A stretch of 63,694 nt of DNA, filler included, from Nemertoderma westbladi (lineage: Eukaryota > Animalia > Xenacoelomorpha): NCBI GenBank assembly GCA_032718475.1. It is 3 parts of 3 records of this genome, joined end to end, with 100 filler letters (N's around TTAATTAATTAA, not from the genome) between each part and the next. Parts side by side here need not be neighbours in the genome. Positions count along the whole stretch, not along the records: positions 1 to 31,476 come from JAUCBJ010004917.1; positions 31,577 to 56,723 come from JAUCBJ010004300.1; 1 more part is not named here. One strand, written 5' to 3'. The translations under genes were made by a program, and so were the position numbers. This document shows, piece by piece, positions 24,620-36,280 of this stretch (position 1 is its first letter; the number at the start of each line of letters is the position of its first letter). Below the pieces are notes generated by a model. It saw only the letters and a program-made list of their open reading frames with translations, was not told where the DNA came from and did not search any database.

Positions 24620-26914
24620 TCTCTTTCAATACCCTAATGGAACCAAAGCACAACTGGATTACATCCTTATAAACAAAAAGTGGAGAAACAGCATGATCAA
24701 CTGCGAGGCATACAGCTCGTTCAACCTAATTGGTTCGGACCACAGAATAAATTGTGACTGCAGAGATCAGACTTAGTTTGAGAGCCAGCAAACCCAGGAC
24801 AAGCAAGCAAATCAACTATGACTGGGAGAAACTCAGAACTGACAATGCTGTAAAGGATGCTTACACAGTGGAAGTTCAAAACCGCTTTGAAGCACTTCAG
24901 TCAATGGATGAAGACCAGTCCACCGATTCAATGTATCAGAATATAATAACAGCCCACAAGGAATCAGCTAAGAGGCATATCCCCCAGAAACCCAAACGAA
25001 AACAGTATGTGCCATGGCAAAACTCTGAGGTTAGTTGTAAGAGAGAAGATCTTAAGATAGCCTACAAAGTTAAAACAGAACAACCAACAACCGAAAACAT
25101 TAACAAGGTTGAGAAAGCTAAGGACGATCTTAAATTGGCCTACAACATCGGCCAGGAAAAGTACATACAGGGTAAAATTGAAGCAATTACAACTGCTCAC
25201 ATACAGCAACAATCAAGACTTACCTGGCGAACTGTAAACGAGGTATCTGGTCGGAAAAGTTGTGCAAAGGGGACAAAGCCGATAGTCCTGAAGAACATGT
25301 TGGGAAGTGGAAAAATCACTTCAGCAACTTGCTTGGGCAGCCACCAAACATCGAGGTCAGCCCTACAAGGAAAATATATGACAATACACTACCTATAGAA
25401 ACAGGGGACTTCACACCTGCCGAACTCCAAAGAAGCATTAAAAGCATGTCCAATAATAAAGCGAGTGGATTGGATGAAATCCCAGCGGAGGTATGGAAAA
25501 CCGGAGTGCTAAACAGACCATTATTGATTGTTTGCAACCGGATGTTAAAGGGGAAAAGCCACCACCAATTTGGACTAAAGGTCAACTAAAGCCTCTCCCC
25601 AAGAAAGGAGACCTCGGCATACCAACAAACTATCGTGGGATCTGTCTGCTTGTGGTAGCTGCCAAAATATACAATAAAACGATTCTATATAGGATTAGGC
25701 CTCACATAGAGAAACTACTGCGTAAGAGCCAAAACGGATTTCGATCAAGTAGATCGACAATAGCTCAGATACTTGCATTACGGAGACTGATTGAAGGAAT
25801 TAAATAAAAAAACTCCCCGCAGTCATGAATTTTGTGGACTTCAAAAAGGCATTCGACTCCATCCATAGAGGTAAATTGCTTGAAATCCTAAGAGCTTATG
25901 GAATACCAGAAGTAATTGTTGCTGGCATTGGATTGTTATATTGTGACACAGAAGCGCAGGTACTCTCACCAGATGGTAAAACTGAGTTTTTCTCAATCCT
26001 GGCTGGCGTACTGCAAGGTGACACATTAGCACCATTACTATTTGTAATTGTGCTGGATTACGCAATGAGGACGGCCACAAAGGGTGAAGATGTGGGATTT
26101 ACACTTCAAGAACGCAGAAGTAGTGGATATCCGGCAACTACAGTCACAGACACCGACTTTGCGGATGACATCGCCCTGCTCTCTAATACCCTAGCAGATG
26201 CACAGCTTCTACTAAATAAAGTGGAGAGGGCTGCTAAGGAGGTTGGATTGCATATAAATGCCACCAAGACCGAATTCATGACCTTTAATGTTGATGGAAA
26301 CTTGACAACCATTGATAATAATCAACTAAGGAAGGTCGACGTACCTTCCAGTACCTTGGATCATGGATAGAGAGTAGCAAAAAGGACATAGAAGTTAGGA
26401 AAGCAAAGGCTTGGGTAGCTCTATCAAAAATGGATACCATCTGGAAATCAGATCTCTCTAGGCACCTGAAGACTAAGTTCTTTCGAGCCACAGTGGAAAG
26501 TGTATTTTTATGCGGGGGTGAGACCTGGACACTGACTAAATCACTTGAACAACGAATTGATGGTTGCTACACAAGACTACTAAGGGCAGCCCTAAACATC
26601 AGCTGGAGACAACACATGACAAACGCCGAGCTTTATGGTACAATACCACCTGTATCAACCACCCTCCGTGAACGCAGATTAAGATTCAGTGGGCACTGCT
26701 GGCGAAGTAAAGACGAGGTAATACCAGATCTACTTTTCTGGTAACCAACTCATGGAAAGCGTAGTCGTGGACGACCTGCCATAACATATATAGATCAACT
26801 TGAAAGGGATACTGAACTTGGGAGAAACGAAATTGCGACAACTATGGAGAATCGGGAAGCCTGGAAGGATCTCATTTCCACTGTCGGAGTTCGCTCGACC
26901 TAGTAGTAGTAGTA
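24620..26914 (+). mobile_element. RTE-like LINE family B (APE C-terminus plus RT, frameshifted)
   Basis: QLDYILINKKWRNS...GSDHR (APE end), LQGDTLAPLLF, FADD, RLRFSGHCWR; (TAG)n tail at about 26901-26914; several frameshifts and a stop. Confidence 0.93.
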
Positions 26915-27151
26915 TAATTCTCTCTTGCCATAATTTTTAGTTAGAGTATATTATTAATCATAGTGGCCGTGATGGTTCATACTGTAGTTAATATGCACAA
27001 CATTTTCATTGCAGCGAGTCGAGTGGGTAATGACGGTTAAAGTACATTAAGATTGAGCACAGTGGCAGCAGATTATGGTATTGTCAGATGGGAGGCCATG
27101 AGTATGGCATACATGAAGGGATAAATTGCGGACATATAAGGTAATGCAGGA

Positions 27152-27223
27152 GCCTCTGTGGTGTAGTGGTTAGCATACCTGAACGTTTATCGGGAGAAGC
27201 AGGTTCAATCCCCGCTGATGGCG
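27152..27223 (+). pseudogene. tRNA-like sequence (GTT at anticodon position; pseudo-tRNA or SINE head)
   Basis: Box A TGGTGTAGTGGTT, anticodon stem CCTGA/TCGGG, box B GGTTCAATCCC, T-run downstream. Acceptor stem is mismatched and U33 is missing. Confidence 0.6.
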
Positions 27224-27337
27224 AATTCATTTTTTCAGCTCCATTTGCTATAGAGTTGGATCATCCTAAGTCCTGTTTAAATTACTTAATAATATAAGGT
27301 AATATTTCGGTATTATTTCCAGGTCTACCTTTTACCT

Positions 27338-27410
27338 GTGCCACTAGCTGTATGGATAGAGCGTCAAACTTCCATCCTGGTGGTCACCAGTTCGATCCCA
27401 CCTGGACGTC
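27338..27410 (+). pseudogene. Second, more degenerate tRNA-like sequence
   Basis: TAGCTGTATGGATAGAGCG (box A-like) and AGTTCGATCCC (box B-like); stems poorly paired. Downstream sequence recurs at about 24470-24580. Confidence 0.45.
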
Positions 27411-27539
27411 ATTGTATAAAGCACTGCCCAAAGAAGTTATAATAATATGAAAAAACTCTTCACTCAAAAAAGCCATTAATAAATTATATCCCATTATAAA
27501 ATATGGGATAATTGGACGGATCCATCATGGATGTTGGCC

Positions 27540-28750
27540 GGATCCATCATGGAAGTTGGACGGATCCATCATAGATGTCCTTATTTCTCAAGCTTGTTTG
27601 TGTTTGTTTGTTTGTTTGTTTGTACACACAACTTCGTGCACTTAATGTTGATGGAATTGAATGAATTCCAATCCAATCCAGATGATAAGTTCATTATCGG
27701 ACCTAGTTGTGTTAATCTTGCATACACAATCGTGCATCTTGCATACACAACCGTGCATCTTGCATACACAATCGTGCATCTTGCATACACAACCGTACAT
27801 CTTGCATACACAATCGTGCATCTTGCATACACAACCGTGCATCTTGCATACACAATCGTGCATCTTGCATACACAACCGTGCATCTTGCATACACAATCG
27901 TGCATCTTGCATACACAACCGCGCATCTTGCATACACAATCATGCATCTTGCATACACAACCGTGCATCTTGCATACACAATCGTGCATCTTGCATACAC
28001 AATCGTGCATCTTGCATACACAATCGTGCATCTTGCATACACAATCGTGCATCTTGCATCTTGCATACACAATCGTGCATCTTGCATACACAATCGTGCA
28101 CCTTGCATACACAATCGTGCATCTTGCATACACAATCGTGCATCTTGCATGCAAGATTTTGGTTGCTAGGGACCTGTTAGTTGCCTAGCAACAGTGAAAA
28201 TAATTCTAGAATGACCGATCATAATCGTAGAATTCACTCAATCAAAATTTTGTCGACACCCCATAGCGAACATCTATTGGACATGCTTTCTGCAACATTT
28301 CGCTGTATTTCGTTCAGAATTGCGGAAGATACATTTCTTCTAAACATTGTTTTTTAACATACAATATATACTACTATTTTATACTTCGACCAATGTTTCG
28401 TTTTTCGTTATTAGGCTGCCTTGCATAGGCGCGTAAATTATTATTGTACAGACGGTACTTCGCCCAATGTGTCGTTTTGCGTTTTTCGTTATTAGGCTGC
28501 CCTGCCCTGCATAGACGCGTATATTATTACAACAATATTGTTGGTAGCAATGGATCCGTCCATTTTGCCAGCTCTCGGCTGGCAAGCTTGTATTATTACA
28601 GTATTATCGGCAACAACGATTTAAACAATTCATTGTTGCAGCTATGCTCAATCTTACTGTACTTCTATGTTTCCATTATGCAGGCGGCATTTTGAATGTG
28701 GGAATTTTGAAATAAAACAGCGAGCAAACTTGCTGCAAAATATCTCTATT
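27540..28750. mobile_element. Probable non-autonomous Helitron/Helentron-type element carrying a minisatellite
   Basis: GTTT microsatellite near 27595 and terminal hairpin CAGCGAGCAAACTTGCTG followed by CTCTATT at about 28719-28750. Boundaries are approximate. Confidence 0.4.
27715..28150. repeat. 21-bp minisatellite (GCATCTTGCATACACAA[T/C]CGT), about 20 copies
   Basis: Read directly; T and C variants alternate in the first half; gives 7-aa periodic ORFs on both strands. Confidence 0.95.
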
Positions 28751-29041
28751 ATTATTATTTTTATTTACACGCCAATTTTTACTAATTTGTGAAACAAAAC
28801 CACCTGAATTAATACACTGCAGTACAACAGGACACGTACGTCGAGTACGTACAGGGTACAGGTACGATTTACTTTTGTGTGAGTTTTCTACAACTACGGT
28901 ATGTGTAAATAGTTCGCTTGCCAGCTGTTTTTTTTTAAATGGAATAATCGTAGCTCAAATAGGCCTACAGCACATTATGAACAGAATAAATTATGAACAG
29001 TAAAAAGGATTGTACTGTTGGTTAATGTTTTTTCGCTCCAA

Positions 29042-30028
29042 TCAGACTCTACCACTTATGGATAAAACGCACTCAGTTATAAACAGTTTGCTGCAATCGT
29101 GACAATCGCAACGGTATATCGTTCGCTCGTTAACAACAGGAACGTGAGCGCGTGAACAATTCTTCTTGTTACCACAAGAGGGCTCAACAGAAATTCCAGC
29201 AAACATGTTCTCATCACCGATAAAGCTCACCAAGTCGCTGTAGAAATTTTTGGTGCAATGGTGGCACTTTGAGTTGCGAAAGTTTTCAATTGTGAGAGGT
29301 GAAATTCCAGCCTGAATATTTTTCTTGCAGCAGTTTTTGTCAGACCGGCAGCCGGAACTCTTGAATTCTGAAATAATGAATTCCATCTTTACTTCTTTTT
29401 CATTGTTGTTGTCACGGTCAAAGGCCTCACGGAATACGCTATCGTTGCCTTCATCGTGATCATCATCTTCATATATAACGTCCTCTTTTATGGAACATTC
29501 TGCCTTGACCGAATTACTCAATTTTGTTTCGATTCCTTCTGCAGCCTTGCTATCAAGAAAGAGTTTTCTGGAACTAGAGGAAGATGATGAACTAGAGGTT
29601 CTAGATGATGTTGAACTTAGATGTTTGGATTCCAAATTCGTTACTGAAGGAGCATAGGAATGTTTCCTATCTGTTGGGGGAGTTGCCATGTTAACGAATG
29701 TACGTGGTGAGGCGGCTAGTGTATCTGACTTCATTATTTCTTTCGGTTTGGATTTTGTTTCAACTCCACAATATGACAGGCTGGTTCGTCTCCATTGACG
29801 ACAGTACTCTTTCTGTTCTTTGGTAAGTTTTTTTACTCTTGTAGATGATTCTTTATCAAAGGTTTCCTTTTCCACAGCGATGGGTGTCGACTTGACTTTT
29901 CTCTCAATATAAAATTCTCTATCACTAAAGTTACTTTCATCAAGTTCGTCTCCAAATATCTTGTTACCTCCAACAATATAAAATTTTCTATCAGTAAACG
30001 GACTTTCGACCTGTTCTTCGCCATACAT
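29042..30028 (-). CDS. Uncharacterised 328-aa protein with Ser-rich/acidic middle and duplicated Cys-rich C-terminal module
   Basis: Uninterrupted ATG-to-stop ORF in non-repetitive sequence; local paralogue at 11780-12093; no family recognised. Confidence 0.7.
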   Translation of the reverse strand: MYGEEQVESPFTDRKFYIVGGNKIFGDELDESNFSDREFYIERKVKSTPIAVEKETFDKESSTRVKKLTKEQKEYCRQWRRTSLSYCGVETKSKPKEIMKSDTLAASPRTFVNMATPPTDRKHSYAPSVTNLESKHLSSTSSRTSSSSSSSSSRKLFLDSKAAEGIETKLSNSVKAECSIKEDVIYEDDDHDEGNDSVFREAFDRDNNNEKEVKMEFIISEFKSSGCRSDKNCCKKNIQAGISPLTIENFRNSKCHHCTKNFYSDLVSFIGDENMFAGISVEPSCGNKKNCSRAHVPVVNERTIYRCDCHDCSKLFITECVLSISGRV

Positions 30029-31476
30029 TTCGTTACAAGTCCATCAAGTTTTGGTAAAGATTATTTTACTGAAATGAATAATAAACAGGGAATTGATCAA
30101 TCATAATATCTCAATTGATAATGCCTAGAATTTCTGACAACATTTTGTTTCTAATAATTGGGGTGTTGATTCGCCTTGAATTTAATTACCAGGTTTCTAA
30201 AAATAACGCAGCTTGATATTGTTGATTAGTTTACCAATGTAAGGCCATCTCATTGGAATACTGTATATATAATTTTATTCAACAATTAAAATCCCCAATT
30301 ATTTTAAATACCCGCAGGTCACAAGATAACGAGAATCCCATTTACGACCCACCTAGCATTTACTTGCCAAACACTGTAGTAACGAATTACTACAGAGTTA
30401 TCGCCTGAACGGCACCGAATATAACAATTAAGCTGTTAATCTTTTGTTTATCGCATTTCAAGTATTTAATTAAGCATACTGTATCCTTGAATTTTACTTA
30501 TTGTTGAGAGGTTATACTGTTCCGACAAAGGTAAGTTTCTCACAGTAATTTAGATTTATAACCAGGGAACCAACCAATAGGGGTTCGTATAATTGTCAGA
30601 TAGTGGAGCACATTGACCGCAAGTGATAATTGTAATCTTCAGCGCCAATTGACCGACCGCAAGATGAATAAATTATCGTTTATTGTTTTAGTTAGAAAAC
30701 ACGCCCACTGTAACCTGCTCCTTTCCATTGATGTTTTATTCAAACCCACTAAACACACATTGGTGTTTGCGGTCATTGACTCATATTTATTCACCATCTT
30801 AAACATCAGAACAAACACGATGTACAATATATAATGCTTACCCACCAAATGATGCATTTTCAATTCTAAATATTTGAAAATGTATTTCAACTTTCATGGC
30901 TACGGTGTAATAAATATTCACATCTTAAATCACCACGCGAGATATGTAAACAATAACTATTCCTTTGACACGGGTCGTGGTTACGTTGTGCATACAATCC
31001 CGACAACCGTATAAACAATAACAATGTTTCAGTATTCCATTTATGGCCTTCAACCGGGGGGCACTGTAGCTGTGTAGGTAGCTGTAGCTGTAGGCCTAAT
31101 GAAATATATGAAGCAGAACATCTCGTCTTATAGTATATGAAGTAGAAACAAAATGGAACGCACGATATAAAATAAGTAATAAGAGATGATATATTTATTA
31201 TTATGCAACTCTCTCATCGTTTCGCGATGACATGTTACATGTAAACAACTTAACCGGATGTTATTTACATACAGTACATAATTAATCATTCATAAGTTTA
31301 GCAAGCACCAAGCACGCTGTACTAAAGGCAGTGAAATGACACATTTTCAACATATTGTCCGACCGATCAATTTATTCTTCTAAATTAAGTATGATATTGT
31401 TAAAAATTAAATAATTTATATTTATATTCTTCGAGACCATGAGATAGTTTGTCGAGATGGGATTGCGCCAATCTAC

Positions 31477-31576
31477 NNNNNNNNNNNNNNNNNNNNNNNN
31501 NNNNNNNNNNNNNNNNNNNNTTAATTAATTAANNNNNNNNNNNNNNNNNNNNNNNNNNNNNNNNNNNNNNNNNNNN
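31477..31576. other. Assembly gap with artificial spacer (N44-TTAATTAATTAA-N44)
   Basis: Ns flank a six-frame stop linker; identical to 56724-56823. Confidence 0.98.
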
Positions 31577-32361
31577 CTATATCAGATGTATCAGATATAT
31601 AATGTGCAACCCCATTAAAACAACACGAAGTGGGATCTTTGCGCAGCACATATCGGAATGTTAAGCGTCCACTCGTAAGAGAAAGAATTATAAGCAATAT
31701 ACACTGTATTAGCATATATGTCCTCTAATTACTCAGATTATCATTTATCAGCCACAGTCTGCTTCAGTATGATATCAAAGCAGCGCTACCGACGCCACTT
31801 ATTTACTTATTGAAGTTTCCGTACCAAACGTAACTGGACTGTAGAACATCAAATCTAAATCCAGTTTATCAAATCCAAATGACCAAACAAATCTACTCCA
31901 ATGATAATATCAATATAAAGTATAGAAATATACTGCTTTTCATGCCCTATATTTTTTACTTATTATGCCCTATATAATTCCTTTAATGCCCTACATATAT
32001 AATTCCTTTAATGCCCTACAGTATATAATTTTATTACTTTTTATGCCCTATATTTTTTACTCATTTGCCCTATACAGTATTTATGTAGGCCTAAATTTAA
32101 CACGGTACAATGTACAACCTAATCCAGTACCGGTGTCCTAGGCGATTCTGTCCAAGGTCGATTGGTTTATTTTTTGGTTAGGGCTACAGTAGTTGGTCAG
32201 GCCCAAACCCTAATTAAAACTGTCATGTAACCCTACCTAACCCTAAGTCATGAGGCTATAATCTAAGAATGTTTGTGGAATTTTCGATCCCATTAATGTG
32301 GTCAATTTCTTAATTACGACGTTTATTACTGTAGTTTAATTTGTAATTGCAATAGGCCTAG

Positions 32362-35300
32362 TGTTAAACTAGCGGGGGTCCCTGCCTAACCAATAAAGAC
32401 ACAAAGACTGCTCTACTGTTAAACAGGGGTAATCAGGAGCGTGCTATTACTAATGTAGGGCTGCTAAATACAAAACCGCTACTTACCGTTGGATGGCGCT
32501 AACCTGCCGTCCGCTAATATATTTTACTAATTTTCTACGGCTCCTGCTAATCGCTTGTTCCTTTCTCTACCGATCGCTCGATAGAGAGCTAACTGTTCGA
32601 ACATATGAGCCACGTGGGAATAACCAAAACAATAAACCCGAATCGGCTCCCTAAGCTTACTTAAGACGGTTGTGAGAGGCTTTACACTCCAGAGTATATT
32701 CTTATGGTCTAATCTTACTGTTAAAACGCGCTAATAACCGCGTCCTTTCTAATCGCAAATACTGGGGTTCCCTAACGGAATGTGTGAATGTGAGAATATT
32801 TAAATAATCAAAAATGGTACAGTGTCTTATTAGGGCTAATACCTACTAGGGGACTAAACTTGCCTTCGGCTGGCTTTAGGCTAGCAATTTACTAATGCGT
32901 TTGCGCACTGAATACTGCGATCTAACTTATTGCCCGCTAATTTCAAATAACCGCCCAGCGTGAATAGCTTACGGTACTCTAAATTATTACCTTAACAATT
33001 CTCCGCTATGCTGCATACAAATTCTTAATTTTACTAATTAATTACAGTCACAAATATGCAACAGCGTACTAATTACTAAGTGTTCCAGAATGCGTAATTC
33101 TAATTTATTACACAACGGGTTGCACTAGTAACAGCCTAAATACTGTATTATTTTCGACCTAATCAGTAATTATTTTTCGTAAACTAAGAAATAGAAATCA
33201 ATCAGAGGAAAAGAGCATCTATCTAAGCATTCGGGATTTATTAGGCATCACCAGCGAGCTGTCTCCACTTCACACCGCTAACTTTCCGACCGCAACGGTG
33301 ACCCCCCGCCAGTGTTGCTTGCCTTTGAATCCTCCGCACTCCCTTCGTCGCTAACCCCCCGATGCGCCCGCCACGCCTACCGGTACCTCAGCCCTCCATC
33401 TAATGAGTAGCTACCGTAACGGCGCATGCAATCACAAAGTCTGACAGTCTAAGAAAATCCCGTAGGATTATTGCATCGAAAGGAATTACATAGAACCATT
33501 AACTAAAGCGTAGAAATCATAGTTCCAATTGTAATTGACAGTAATCATTGGGATTGATTGAGAAACACACCAAGAAATCAGTAGAGATTACAAATTAGCG
33601 TATTATTACAAGAAATAATTGCAAAAGGCAGAAATACGCAAAATACAGAATAATTAGTCGATGAATTAACTGGATTACAAGCAAAATTACACAGCACATA
33701 CCGGAAACACCGCCAATTTATAGGTGATTCATGGAGGATGATGCAATCGTTCTCTCATTGACTCCCCAATCCGCGCTACCATTAGACCAATCTGGAAGCA
33801 GTTAGGCCAATAAGGAAGCCGGATTGTGAACCTATCGCTCCCCGAAATCACAAATTATTACCATATATGGTAATTTTGGCGATGCTTAATTTAGCAGTAC
33901 TAATAATATGATACATAGAAATTAATTTAGCGCAATTATAAAGAAAATTAAGACCAATACATAGTACTGAGCCGTATTGAGGCTAATAACAGCAAGCTTA
34001 TATCCAGGGTCCAACAGGAAACTTGCTACCCTGGAACTATTTACTTATATCCTATTACAAAATTACTTAGGTAGGACTACATACTATTCAAAATGGGTAA
34101 AGTCAAATATATGGGCGTTTTATTTTCCTTATCTAAATATTGTTGCGCGTTATTATGGCTTATCTAAATAATTATACTGCATAACGACTAATATATTATA
34201 CTGTACAATGGCTAATATATTTATTGTTGCCGTTATTCCCGACACCATGGGGGAAAACGCCGATGCTGGAGGCGGAACTTTTCAGACCACGGAATCCCGG
34301 CCAGTCACCGGATATTGGTAGTGGAGAAGGAATACGTTCTTAAATGCAAGATTGCGATTGAGGAAAAGTTTCATTGGTTGGATATACTCTTTAATGTAAC
34401 TTCCCTACAGTTGAACCTTGATTGAGAATAAGTTGGGCATCCCCAAACCAATATACACCAAATGTTCACAATAATATAACACGACAATATAAATCCCTAC
34501 AGTACATTATTTAAATTACCCACTGTTCGCTCAGATTTTAGCCTAACTAATGTTCCCCAATTTTCCCCTGGTCCTAGTCTCGGTACCGTAGTGTCGGTGT
34601 CGGTCGACCCTGTTGCGTGTCCGTCCCACCCTTTCTGAACCCCGAAGGGATCGGTCATCAGGAACCAGTACGGCTTGGCTAGGGGTCTGTCATGTCGGTG
34701 GACCCGTTTGCGTGTCCGTCCCACCCTTCCTGAACCCCGAAGGGATCGGTCATCAGGAACCAGTACGGCTTGGCTAGGGGTCCATCGGTTCATCGCAGGG
34801 ACCCAACCACCTAGGCTTTCCGAGTCCTTATTCAGGCTCGTAGTCACTTCGGCAGCCGAGAAGCTGCTCCGAACAGTCGGTAGGCCAGTAGAGTCCAGTC
34901 CTTTGTCTTTCGACCCCGTTGCGTGTCCGTCCCACCCTTCCCGAACCCCGAAGGGATCGGTCAGGAACCAGTACGGTTTGGCAAGGGGTCTGTCAGCCCG
35001 TCGTGAGCCCCAACGGTTGGTGGTTTTCCGAGTCCTTATTCAGTCTCATACTAACGCCGGTCGTGGAACCCACTTCAGGAAGGCAGTCCTCGTCAAACCC
35101 TTCCTCCGTTAGTCGGTTGACCCGTTCGCGTGTCCGTCCCACCCTTCCCAAACCCCGAAGGGATCGGTCAGGAACCAGTACGGCTTGGCTAGGGGTCTGT
35201 TGTCGGTTCCCGTCGCAAATCCCTGACACAAGCAGCAGACTTTCCGATGTCCTTTTCAGGCTCGTAATAACTGCTGTTGGCCAGGGACCGCTAAGGGCAG

Positions 35301-35685
35301 TCCTTGTCCTTTAGACCTAGTGAGTTACCAAATCCAGCTCTCCAGGCAGCAGGAAGTTGGCTAGGCCTAATAGTAATCAGGCAAACCTGAATACTGCTTA
35401 ACTTTTCCTCCCACCCCTGGCCCTTAAATACATGAAATGAGTCCCGTACCCCGTAAGTCGCCCCAATATTCGCCCATAAATCGCCCCCAGTCCATTGAAT
35501 GTGCCCAAATCCCATGTTCCCGCACCCAGTAGTGATATCAGAATATTCATTTTAAATAAATCCAAAAAATATTCAACTCGCGTTAGGAAAAGTTGAAATA
35601 CCGCGAACATTTATACTGTATAACGGCTAATATATTATACTGTATAACACGGACTAATGTAGGTACAGCGCCATATATCGTAACA
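32362..35685 (-). repeat. 3' LTR of BEL element 2 (interrupted by a solo LTR; lacks about 260 bp present at 51158-51420)
   Basis: Matches 49474-52331 up to about 34162. A 24-bp subrepeat continues on both sides of the nested insertion; ends GTAACA before the PPT. Confidence 0.8.
34225..35609. mobile_element. Nested solo LTR of a different family (1385 bp)
   Basis: TGTT...AACA termini and exact 5-bp TSD TTTAT (34220-34224 and 35610-35614); four internal ~85-bp GC-rich repeats. Confidence 0.85.
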
Positions 35686-36280
35686 CCGCTCCAAGGGAAA
35701 TCAAGCAATGTTTCCCTCCAATTGTAGAAGAATATAGGGCGATGTATACAATACAAAATAAATTCGCTTTCAAATAATCTAATTATCTTGGTACTATAAT
35801 AATTCTACTATTTACAAATATTGCCATAGATATTGCATAATGGTTTTGCATACAAATTAAATTTACAAAATATTATCTCTCTCAATGTTAACGATTATTA
35901 CATACAAATTAAATTTACAAAATATTGCTTTCTCTTTCGTTCTACATAATGATTACTACATACAAAATTAAATTTACAAAAATATTGCTTTCATATAAAA
36001 AAAACTTGCTATGGCAGGTGAAAGGAGTAAGCCAAACCCGCAGGTTTGTCTCCCCAATCACCTCCTTCGCCTCTCTCATAATATAAATTCAAATTGATAC
36101 GACTAGTATATATGAGTCCCGTCGGATATTTACAAAATGCTACAATATACATCAGAGCGACGATGATGTATATATCTAGAGTCTGTCGCTCCGTGATATG
36201 ATCGCATTACCGACCCGCTCCTGGGTTCTTTGGGCTCACTCCTCTTTTCCGCCCCCTCCCCAGATACACCAATCTTCCTC

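Noticed and set aside
27152-27223. Functional tRNA-Asn gene
   Set aside because: Acceptor and T stems are mismatched and position 33 is C; treated as tRNA-like pseudogene.
1326-28150. Regular short repeats as possible CRISPR arrays
   Set aside because: Units are directly adjacent with no unique spacers, there are no cas genes, and the context is eukaryotic.
27531-28188. Cys/His-rich ORFs (MHDCVCK, LAYTIVH repeats) as metallothionein-like genes
   Set aside because: Open frames on both strands are explained by a stop-free 21-bp repeat.
31521-31532. TTAATTAATTAA palindrome within Ns (also 56768-56779)
   Set aside because: Artificial scaffolding spacer, not biological.
34497-35314. Several 78-145 aa ORFs in the solo LTR
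   Set aside because: Products of GC-rich tandem repeats; no domain motifs.
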